Source: Octopus sinensis (lineage: Eukaryota). Taken from it: a stretch of 64,000 bases of DNA. The position numbers and the translations under genes are program-made. The notes below the pieces were generated by a model, which ran no database searches, was not told the DNA's origin, and saw only the letters and a list, made by a program, of their open reading frames with translations. Shown here piece by piece: positions 1 through 10,264 of the stretch; positions within the stretch are counted from its first letter, which is position 1; every line of letters begins with the position of its first letter. Location: assembly GCF_006345805.1 (NCBI RefSeq), contig NC_043008.1:28644001-28708000 (forward strand), written 5' to 3'.

Positions 1-1242
1 AGTTCATTTATAGCACAATTGCATTGCTTTTGATGAAAAATATGGTGTCATACATTTTCTGAGATGAAGGTTTACTGCATCAACTTAACTGATTTGAAAG
101 ATGTTCGTTAATAAAAGTTGTTTTGCTCACTTTTACATTAAAGTCTAGTAAAATATCTTTAGCCTTCTCTTTATGATACAGATAAGCACTAGTAAGACAT
201 TATTAGTGTATTATATAAAGGTAGTTTGCCCAAGTAATTATTATTCATTGTAAGTTTAGGAATATTTTGTGAATTTCTATTTTACTGTGATTTTTCTCTT
301 ACAAGCCAAGTATTTTCTCCACTGTATCTAAAATATTGCCAGAGGAAAAGTGGAAATATATAAACTCACAACACACATGGTCAAACATACTTTCCAGTTG
401 TCCAGTTTTTTTTACTAATGTAGTACGTCATTTTCAACATCTTACAAGGGCACAATGCAGCATACTTCACAATAAAATGACAATATCATAGGTTCTGGGA
501 CACCAGAAAAAAATTGTGCGTCGAGGATGTAGCAATTGTAATTAATAAATATTTGTGGAATGGTTTACATTATATTTATGCATATGTATGCGCGTGTGTT
601 TGTATGCATGCATATATGTAACATGTATATAACGTAAAATGCAAAGGGGTATGAAGACAAGAAGATATAGAAATCATTAGATTATCCTTACATCTGGATA
701 TGATTTTCTGATTCTTTATCCGTTATATTATCATATGCAAACACTGACGCTTAAGCCAAATTTTACGGGTTATGGTGGCTTATGTTTATATATATATACA
801 TATATATATATATATGAATTCAACTCAACTTAACTCAAGCCAACACAAACTCTCCTTGTTTTTAATCTCAAAACTTTTGAACTCTACAATCCTACTATGC
901 TACTCTTTTACTACCATCGGAGGATAAATTTATACAAATCTATATAAAACCTGGAGAAAGAAATATAACCCAACACTAAACCCAAGACTAGTTCTAAAAC
1001 TAGTCCCGTGAGTACAATTCTTCTTTCTTTTTTCTTGATCTGCTTTAAACACACTACTCATCCTGATTGTACTAAATACACTGAACTCTCTCACACACAA
1101 GCCACGCATTTCCGAGTATATCGACACAAACTTTTCAACGGTGTATTCACTATTTTACATGAAGCCATCAATAACTGGTGTACATACACTTATACACGCA
1201 TACACATACATATATATATTACACAACACTATTTCACTGAAT

Positions 1243-2430
1243 ATGGCCAATAATATTCTAAAACGCCGCTGGGTTGAAAATGAAATTACTACAATGATTA
1301 ACGCTTGGTTAATCCATTACAACGAAGCTAATGTTTACAGTAAAATAACTGAGGACTTAGCGAAAAAATCCCTTAACAGATCTGTAAAACAGATCGAAAT
1401 CAAAATAAAAGAGCACATGGCTACACTAGAAGCCATTCTTGCCAATGAATGCAGTGCACCAAATGACCAAATTCCAACAGGTCAGGGGACACTTCAACAG
1501 CAACAATCAACTGACCTACTTCCATTGGCACCAGCAATTGACGAACCAAATCAAGTTTCACTGCCGCTACAGCAACAAAAACTACAACAACAACAACACT
1601 CTAATACTGCTATAAGTCAAGTTTCAATGCTGCTACAACAACAGCCGCTACAGCAACAAAAACTGCAACAACAACAACACTCTAATACTGCTACAAGTCA
1701 AGTTTCAATGCTGCTACAACAACAACAACTCTCTACTACTGCTACTACAGCCAGAATAGAAAAGTCACTACTACGTCCACATAAAACTACCTGCCGTTAC
1801 TACTCTCAAGGCAGCTGCAGATTCGGCCATATTCTGGCAAGACAGAACCCACTATCACAAAATCAACAACCTGCTTCTGACACTACATTGAAACAACAAA
1901 ACTCAGCTACTGCCACTACAGCCAGAATAGAAAAACCACTACTACAACCACATAAACCCCCCTGCCGTTACTATTCTAATGGCAACTGTGCTTTTTCCTA
2001 TCCTACCTTATGTCGTAGACTTGTTAAGGGCACCTGTCCATATGGTATAACAGGAAAAAACTGCCCCCACTTCCACCCCAAATACTGTCCTAAATACAGA
2101 ATCCATGGTCCTGATCCTAAATATGGATGCACAAAAGGCAATGGATGCACCTTATTCCATCCTAAACTGTGCCAAACTTCTGCGTCACAAAGAATGTGCC
2201 TGAACCCAGAATGCAACCACCACCATCTGAAGGGCACAAAACGATCACAGAATAAATACAAACAGGAACAGAGGAAAACTAGGACAACAACAAGAACAAA
2301 ATACAACCACGTTTCCCCTCCTACAATCAAAAAACGTAGACAGAACCATGAAAAAACACCAAATAACGCCAACATGAAATATATATCCTCTGACCAAGTG
2401 GCAAACCAAACAAGTAACTCTTTTTTCTGA
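1243..2430 (+). CDS. LINE ORF1 protein: Myb/SANT-like N-terminus, Q-rich duplicated linker, tandem CCCH-type zinc fingers
   Basis: Open frame 1141-2430, likely ATG at 1243 (MANN). Motifs RRWVENEITTMINAW...RSVKQIEIKIK, CRRLVKGTCPYGITGKNCPHFHP, CPKYRIHGPDPKYGCTKGNGCTLFHP and CQTSASQRMCLNPECNHHH. Confidence 0.8.
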   Translation: MANNILKRRWVENEITTMINAWLIHYNEANVYSKITEDLAKKSLNRSVKQIEIKIKEHMATLEAILANECSAPNDQIPTGQGTLQQQQSTDLLPLAPAIDEPNQVSLPLQQQKLQQQQHSNTAISQVSMLLQQQPLQQQKLQQQQHSNTATSQVSMLLQQQQLSTTATTARIEKSLLRPHKTTCRYYSQGSCRFGHILARQNPLSQNQQPASDTTLKQQNSATATTARIEKPLLQPHKPPCRYYSNGNCAFSYPTLCRRLVKGTCPYGITGKNCPHFHPKYCPKYRIHGPDPKYGCTKGNGCTLFHPKLCQTSASQRMCLNPECNHHHLKGTKRSQNKYKQEQRKTRTTTRTKYNHVSPPTIKKRRQNHEKTPNNANMKYISSDQVANQTSNSFF

Positions 2431-2494
2431 CAAACCTAGAAAATATGAAGGCCAACATAAGCCAGGAGATCCAGCGAGCTATCAGCAACCACCT

Positions 2495-5438
2495 ATGCAA
2501 ATCACAAGGACCACTCACTCATTAACAACTTCCCTTATATCGACATTCCTGTTAAATGTATGTGGCATCAACCCATCAATTATTGCCCAAAAATGGAAGA
2601 TCCCATATATAGAGAGTTGGCTTGCCGAAATGGCACATTGCTTCCCTTTCTTTATCCTTACCGAGACTCACCTGAACTACACCCATATGGACGCAGAGTT
2701 GAAAATTAAAGATTTCACCATTGTTCGTGCGGATCGCACAGACCGAAATAAGGGAAGGACAGCCATCTTTATCCATGACTCCTTTTCACTTGACGCCAAG
2801 GACATATTTTCCAATGGCTACTGTGAATCGGTATCACTATTCAGCAAAGCCAAGGACATAAACATTGTTGGTCTTTACAGGCCTCCCCAGGCACCTCTAA
2901 AGTGCTTTAAAGAGTGCCTTAGAAAAGTGAAGTCCTTCCTTCGGAAGCACCTACTAGTGATGGGTGATTTTAACCTCCCTCATGTGAACTGGCCCACAAA
3001 TACTCTGAAGTTAGGCAAGTGCTCTACATCAGATAGAGCAGCAGCAGAACTGCTCTTTAATCTGATGGATGAATACTTCCTGACTCAGCTAGTGCTCGAA
3101 CCAACGAGGCAGAATAAAACGATCTTGGATCTGGTATTGACCAATCACTCTAGCTATGTTCACAGTATTTCAGTCGAAAAACTCTCCTCTCAGACCACGA
3201 CATGATACTCTGCAATTTTAATTCCCGACATATAAAAACCAAACCGGCCAATCCCACTCCATGGCACCCATTTGACAACATAAACCTCCACAAAGCGGAC
3301 TGGGGAGCAATCAGAAAGGATCTGTCTTCTATCGACTGGTCTTTTACTCTCAATTCCTCTCAAATTGAGACCGCGTGGCAGCACTTTTAAAACATTGTCA
3401 CCTATACATGCTCTAAACACGATCCCACGAAATCTACTAACACAAACAGAAACCGGCTCCCTAAAAAGAAAAAAAAAACACCCATCAGACGCATCAAAAG
3501 TCAACCAATTAAAATATCCCCACACACAACATCCACATTCAACAACAATGAAAAGGCTTGAGCTGGAAAAACTTCATCTGCAGACCGACATGAAAACCTC
3601 CATTGAAAATCAAAGGGCTGTGGAGGAACAGTGGGTAATTAAAAACATCAAGCAGAACCCAAAAGTGTTCTATTCTTATGCAAATAAGCATAGAACCACT
3701 GCCTCACCCATTGGGCCATTGATTGATGATAACGGCATTCCCCAACACGATGCTAAAGAAATGGCAGAAATATTGCAGAAACAATAATGCTCTGTCTTTA
3801 GTGTTCCCACTGATATTGACGTAAGAGAAACGAACGAAGTTGACTCCCAACATAAAATCTCAGACATAACCTTCACTGCCACTGACATCGTAGCAGCAAT
3901 AAATGAGGTCAAATACTACTCTGCTGTAGGCCCTGATAGATTCCCCGCTAGTCTCCTGAAGGAACGTAGACAAAAACTTGCAGTCCCTCTGACCTACCTC
4001 TGGAGAAATTCGTTAAACGCAGGGTATATACCGAAACAGTTTCTATCCCAGTCGGTCATCCCGGTTTTCAAACAGGGAAACAGATCCCTCGCAGTCAACT
4101 ATCGCCCAATCTCACTCACCTCCCACATCATTAAAGTGTTTGAAAGAGTGTTAAGATCAAGGATAGCTGACTTCTTGGAGACCCAGAAACTCCTAAAATG
4201 CAAATCAGCATGGCTTCCGCTGTGGCAGGGACTGTCTAACACAGCTCTTACACCACATTGAAGATGTACTCAAAGCCTTGGGAACAGGTTCGAAATCTGA
4301 CGTCATATATCTTGACTTCAGAAAAGCGTTCGACAGGGTAGACCATAATATCCTACTCTCAAAATTGGCAAATGTTGGAATTCGTGGACAAGTTCTACAC
4401 TGGATTAAGTATTTCCTGGCGAATAGAACACAACATGTTGTAGTTGATGGAGTCCACTCAAGCACAGCAAAATTCACCAGCGGTGTTCCCCAGGGTACTG
4501 TTTTGGGTCCGCTACTCTTCATAATTTACATAAACGACCTTTTCAGTGTCGTACATTACTGCAAAGTGAAAATATTTGCTGATGACACTAAGCTCCAGCA
4601 AATCGTCAATGAAGAAGCAGACCGAACTCAACTCCAGTCTGATCTATATGCTGTGATTCAATGGACAGACAGAAACAAAATGCAACTGAATGAGGGAAAA
4701 TTTGAGCTGATGCATTTTGGAAGAAATTCCTCACTAAAACAACTATACTCTCTTCCTTCAGAGGAACCGCTCACAGCCTCTAACAATGTCAGAGACCTGG
4801 GTGTAATTGTTGATGACGATCTCAGTTGGAGTGCACACATCAACAAGAAGGTCGATATAGCTCGTAGGATGAGTTCCTAAAACTTAAGAACTTTCCGGTC
4901 CAGAGAACAAGGTGTCCTCATGCCTCATTTCTCATCCTTTGTACGGCCACAACTTGAATACTGCTGCCCACTGTGGTCTCCCCATACAAGACAAAACATC
5001 TCCAGGATTGAGTCACCCCAGAGGGCACTCACTAAACGAATTGAAGGCATGGCTGCTCTCGATTATTGGGATCGCCTTAAAGCCTTGAAACTTTACTCCC
5101 TCCAGCGTCGCCATGAGCGCTACATCATTTGTACGATGTGGAGAATATACCGCCAACTTTGCCCAAACGACCTTAACATTAGTTTCAAGGTTCATCCAAG
5201 CCTGGGACCACGGGCCATACGTCCCCTGCCCAATTCAAGATCACAACAACATAATTTCTTTTCCTCAACAGGCCCTGCCCTATTTAACATTGTCCCGAGG
5301 GAGATCAAGGAGGAAAAGGATCCTATCAACTTTAAACGGAGTCTGGATAGATTCTTTCAAAGAATACCAGATAAGCTACCCATAATTGGATACAACTCAC
5401 CCAACAAGAACTCACTACTTGAACAAAACTTGACTTAA
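2495..5438 (+). pseudogene. LINE ORF2 (APE endonuclease + reverse transcriptase), broken by stops and frameshifts
   Basis: APE motifs LTETHL, LYRPP, MGDFNLP, LDLVLTN and a frameshifted SDHDMI. RT motifs YRPISLTS, YLDFRKAFDRV, GVPQGTVLGPLLF, FADDTKL and RDLGV. C-terminal VRPQLEYCCPLWSP and LYSLQRR. In-frame stops include 3388, 3785 and 4878. Confidence 0.93.
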
Positions 5439-5528
5439 ACAGGATTCGAATTATCCTATCAGGTGGTGCTATTAAGTTAGACATGGCCTGGACCAATCTT
5501 TGGTCGAAACATATCTAAGTTACCTAAG

Positions 5529-5529
<1 letters not shown>

Positions 5530-5597
<68 letters not shown>

Positions 5598-5650
5598 TGT
5601 GTGTGTATATGTATGTATATATATATATGTATGTATATATATATATGAAT

Positions 5651-5681
<31 letters not shown>

Positions 5682-5750
5682 ACACATATACACACACACA
5701 CACACACACCACAACACACACACACACACCACATATATATATATATATAT
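5530..5750. repeat. Compound (TA)n/(CA)n microsatellite
   Basis: Directly visible dinucleotide arrays. Confidence 0.95.
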
Positions 5751-5854
5751 AAAATTAATCCAAACATGAAAATACAAGAGAAAGCACAACAACGCGAGGA
5801 CGAGAAACAAGTATAGCGTTATGGGACGCTCAGGAAAGGACAAGAAAGAAGAAA

Positions 5855-5880
5855 GATAGAGATAGACAGATAGGATAGAG

Positions 5881-5920
<40 letters not shown>

Positions 5921-5922
5921 TG

Positions 5923-5959
<37 letters not shown>

Positions 5960-6143
5960 ATATTTATTTTATATATATAAAATATATATATATATATAAT
6001 AGATATATAGATAGATAGCTAGATAGATATATAGATAGATAGATAGATAGATTAGACAGATATATAGATAGTTAGATATATATTATATATTATATATATA
6101 TAGATAGATAGATAGATAGATATAGATAGATAGATAGATAGAT

Positions 6144-6236
<93 letters not shown>

Positions 6237-6240
6237 CAGA
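5855..6240. repeat. (GATA)n/(TA)n microsatellite
   Basis: Long GATA tetranucleotide arrays interrupted by TA runs. Confidence 0.95.
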
Positions 6241-6735
6241 TACTGTTTTGATAAACTGGTCTTCTGAAGTATAAAAAAATTCGCATTAATATAGAATGTT
6301 AAAATATACTGTCTGGATTTGACTTTCAACATTGATTTATATTAAATATAAATTAAAATGACGGTAAAATGTATGTAGATTTGTTCATCTTAGTATAGTT
6401 CGACTATAATATAAGAAAGAAATACATCTCTTTAAGTGCACATCGCTAGAGATTACTAGATAACTAATTAATTGATAGTGCTTTATTAATTTAACACACT
6501 CACTGGTCTGATTTCCACACATTTACTAATTAATTTTTCCTAGTATCCCACTCATTTACTTATTAAGTTTTTACTACAATTTTCGTTGCGTCTTGGAACC
6601 TTTTCAATAGTCGGTGACTCTCCGTTATCGGAATTGCGTTTTTTTGTTTTATTTCTTCGTTTGTTTGTGCGTATACACATATGTAAGTATGAAGGCATGT
6701 GTGCATGCTTGTATGTGTGTATGTACGCAGACATA

Positions 6736-7973
6736 CAGTGTGGGGAAGAAAAATTTACAATGAACGTTAAGCTTTTTTTTCTCAGCAGGCACAAAGTCAA
6801 TTGTTTTGAAACCTAGCATATATTGATGTCATAATCATACCTAGCACTATTATTCTTACCTTTTGAGAAACTTTTGCCCATAGGAGTAATCAGGAAAGCA
6901 AACGTCAGAGAGTGTGTGATTTGTTGAATGCAGTCGTCACACCAAAGGCGATTTCAAGAATAGTTGGAGTGTCCATAAAGACTTTATAATGTAAAGAATA
7001 GAATGTCTATGCGCAAAACTATTACGAGGAAGTCTGAAAGTTGAGGAATCAACAAAAACATACCAAAGCCTTTATTAAAGCTCTCAAATCCAAAATCCCA
7101 AAGGATCCAACCAAATCCACGAGATAAAGGGCAATTGAACTTGAGGTAGACAACAAGACCATTTAGAAATGCAGTAGAGAATGATTTGAGGTGAAAATCT
7201 TACACAAGAACACCAAAGCACTCGTTGACAACATCTATGAAGGAAAAGAGATTGGAAAGGCGCAAGAAAATTATTACATGGTTCAAGAAAAGTCCTCTAT
7301 TGTAACGATCTTTTCAGATGCTGTTCTGAACCGCAGAAATGACAGATTAATCGCAAAATCGACAGCTGAGGTTAAAGGGACGTCCAAAACAAAACATCCA
7401 GCTCAAGTTATGGCTTTTGGTGTTATGGCTTCCGATGGAAAGAAAATGCCTATAAAATTCTACAAAGCTGATGAAAAGATCAATATTAATACTTAATACA
7501 AGACTCTGAGATACCAGGCATTGTCATGGCTTAAAGCAAACTACCCAGATGGTAATTATGTATGGACACAGGATTGTGCTCCAGCACACACAGCTAGAAA
7601 AATACAAGATTTCTGCAAATCCAACTTTAGCGATTTTTGGGAATCATGTTTATGGCCGCCTTCTAGCCCAGATCTAAACCCTCCGGATTATGTTATTTGG
7701 GGCGTATTCGAACATGCTACCAATAGAACATCACACAGCAATGTCGTCTCTCTTAAATATACTATTAAAGAAGAATGGGAGAAGTTGTCTCCCGGGTATT
7801 TGAGGAACACTTGTGCAAGTTTCAGGAAGGGTGTGAAGGCAGTTATTGAAAAAGAAGGACGACACATAGAATAAAAACATTTTCTATTATCATGAATTTC
7901 AATAAATTGATTGGTCATACACTGTCTTTCAATCCCTGCCTCAAAATATTGTAGATTTTGCTTTCCCACCCTG
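6736..7973 (+). mobile_element. Tc1/mariner superfamily transposon, maT (DD37D) type, defective
   Basis: Imperfect TIRs CAGTGTGGGGAAGAAAAATTTACAA and TTGTAGATTTTGCTTTCCCACCCTG with a TA TSD (6734-6735, 7974-7975). Transposase fragments FSD, WTQDCAPAH and WPPSSPDLNPPDY have 37 residues between the second and third Asp. Confidence 0.9.
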
Positions 7974-8482
7974 TATATGTATTCATCTGTGCACGTTTCC
8001 TATGTATGTATTCTGCATGTAAGTGTGTAGGAATGTATGTATGTGTATGCATATATGTCTGCATATGTGCACTCTGTATCTTTCTATTCTGCATGTGCTT
8101 GTGTGTTCATATTTGTATTTTTCCGTGTTTGTTTGCGTGTTTATATGTGTTTTTGTGTTCATGTTTGTGTGTTTGTATGCGTGCGTGTCTGTATGTATGT
8201 GTTTGAATGTGTGTTTGTATTTGTGTGTGTACCACTAAGTGAACATTTGAAACAATATGACCACATAAAACACTCCTCCATACTTTACCAACATGCCAAG
8301 GACAAAGTTAGAGGCACACACACAAATACACACACATGTAGACACACATACATACAGACACATACACACATACAAACATGACCACAAACATGCACAAAAG
8401 CACTCAAACATGGAAACACAAGCGCTTGGATATGCAGAATACATATATACATACAAACGTGCACACATGCACATTAATTACA

Positions 8483-8863
8483 TCTTTATATATAAAAGCA
8501 AGTTTGTGTGCCTGTCTCCTACGATTTCGATTCCTAACTACTCCCACATTTTGCGGTGCAGTTTAACCAAAACCGGGTATCTTATAGTCGTGATTCATAT
8601 CGAGCTCTTCTGTGTATTAGCGCGCGTCTACGATGCGTCTACGATTTTTAAAAAATACCATCATTTTTTCCATTTTAATGTATTTTTTCGCTATTATATA
8701 AGGGAAGTAACTCTCTAAAAATGTCTACGATGAGTCAACGATTTAAAAAAAAATTACAATCAATTTTTTTCCATTTTAATGCATTTTTTTGCTATTTTTT
8801 GGCTATAACTCTGTAAAAATGCTTATATAGTTATTTCCGAGCAACGCCGGGCGATACTGCTAG
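8483..8863 (+). mobile_element. Non-autonomous Helitron-like element (~380 bp)
   Basis: 5' TC(TTTATATATAAAA) and 3' CTAG preceded by the GC-rich subterminal hairpin CCGAGCAACGCCGG. Inserted between A and T with no TSD. Contains an internal ~100-bp tandem duplication (about 8626-8822). Confidence 0.75.
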
Positions 8864-9003
8864 TTATTTATATTTGAAAGATTTGTGTACTCATCTTGTT
8901 TGATATTAACACATCGCTTCAGCAGATATACACTCCAGCCTTCATCAGTTGTCTTTGGGAAATTTCGAACCTGGGTTCTCATTCCTAAGGTATTTTTCGA
9001 TGC
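8864..9003 (-). mobile_element. Short Penelope-pLTR-like repeat with degenerate hammerhead motif (copy 1)
   Basis: The reverse complement aligns by eye with 14655-14820 and 29408-29585 and contains CTGATGAAGGCTGGAGTGTATATCTGCTGAAGCG. Confidence 0.7.
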
Positions 9004-9005
9004 TG

Positions 9006-9040
9006 TAATAATAATAATAATGATAATAATAATAATAATA

Positions 9041-9112
<72 letters not shown>
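9006..9112. repeat. (AAT)n(AAC)n microsatellite
   Basis: Direct observation. Confidence 0.95.
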
Positions 9113-9114
<2 letters not shown>

Positions 9115-9738
9115 AAAATCTGTGGACAAAACAGTGAAATCGTATGGCATATTACCAGCCAATGTACGCCACTAGCCCAGGAGGAATATAAGAGGCGCCA
9201 TGACAATAGAGCCAGGCTTGTCCATTGGAAACTTTGCAACACGTATAGACTTGACAGAGCAAAAAATTGTTACGACCTCAAACGTGAAGGCATCATCGAA
9301 AATAGAAATGCAAAGATCCTATGTGCTTTTATGATTCAGTGCGACCAGGAGATAGAGAATAGGAAGCCGGACATAGTCTTAATTGAGAAAGAAAAGAATC
9401 TATGCTGGATCACATATATAGCCAGTTGACACCAAGGTATGCGATAAGGAAGAAAGATACGTCATGAGATATGACAGTTTACTTTGGGAAGTTAAACTGT
9501 TGTGGTCGATGAAAAAGGTAGCAGTAGTAACAAAAATTGTCGGAGCCCTGGAAACAGTGAGCAAAAATCTCAAGAAGTACGTGGAACAAATGCGGGCTGA
9601 AATAAGGATGGAACATTGCTTGGAACCGCTCGAATACTCGTGAAGGTGCTCCGAAAATAAGAAGTGTTACCTTAGTTCACTGGCAGTGAACATCTGACTC
9701 CGTAGTACATCTCCAACGTTTGAACCTATGCAAAGGCA
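9113..9738 (+). mobile_element. 3' fragment of an R4/Dong-like RLE non-LTR retrotransposon
   Basis: YKRRHDN...VHWKLC and IQCDQEIENRKPDIVLI restriction-like endonuclease motifs. 3' UTR is shared with 14345-14428 and 55130-55215. Trinucleotide tracts flank both sides. Confidence 0.85.
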
Positions 9739-9757
9739 ATACTACTACTACTAATAG

Positions 9758-9794
<37 letters not shown>

Positions 9795-9817
9795 GCTACT
9801 ACTACTACTACTACTAC

Positions 9818-9870
<53 letters not shown>
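9739..9870. repeat. (TAC)n(TAA)n microsatellite
   Basis: Direct observation. Confidence 0.95.
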
Positions 9871-10236
9871 TGTGCATCTCTGATCACGCGCAGAAGTAGT
9901 GGGGGAGCATCATAGCCATGTGTTGAGAGGGATTCTTTAGGGTTTGAATAATTCACCTCTGGAAAAATGGGTGATTCTTTCAACATCCTTAAACAACCCT
10001 TATTCAGGGACCTTTTGAGTGGGATGGGCTACTCAACCTGAAGAAAATTCTAACTGGGCCCCACCTGCAAGGTCATGTGCTGTTTATCATGATATGAGAT
10101 TACCATGTCGCGCACATATGGTTGTGATGCATGTGCCTGGTGTACCCTTATCAGACGGGTAGTCATGATGGGTATATTGGGCTTCGTATATTTTACCCCA
10201 GTGTCACTTTGATGGCATGAACTGCTCTCTCACTCA
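9871..10236 (+). mobile_element. Non-coding dispersed repeat ending in (AAT)n (LINE 3'UTR-like or SINE-like), copy 1
   Basis: Homologous by eye to 20760-21110 (+) and 31950-32240 (-). Ends CTCTCTCACTC followed by (AAT)n. Confidence 0.75.
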
Positions 10237-10264
10237 ATAATAATAATAATAATAATGATAATGA

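Larger units (their letters stand above)
816..5530 (+). mobile_element. Near full-length, disrupted CR1-group non-LTR retrotransposon (LINE)
   Basis: ORF1 with CCCH fingers, then APE endonuclease, RT and a CR1-type C-terminus. Short 3' UTR ends in an (CTAAGTTA)-like repeat. (TA)n lies on both sides. The 5' boundary is approximate. Confidence 0.9.

Noticed and set aside
5478-5515. GACCAA...TTGGTC-GAAAC stem at the LINE 3' end resembling hammerhead stem II + GAAA
   Set aside because: There is no CUGANGA box upstream. It is better explained as the 3' UTR stem-loop typical of CR1/L2-group LINEs.
5477-6332. ORFs of poly-YI, CV and YLSI (also near 8000, 16500, 26600, 36600, 39800, 41800 and 54300)
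   Set aside because: They are translations of TA, TG and GATA microsatellites.
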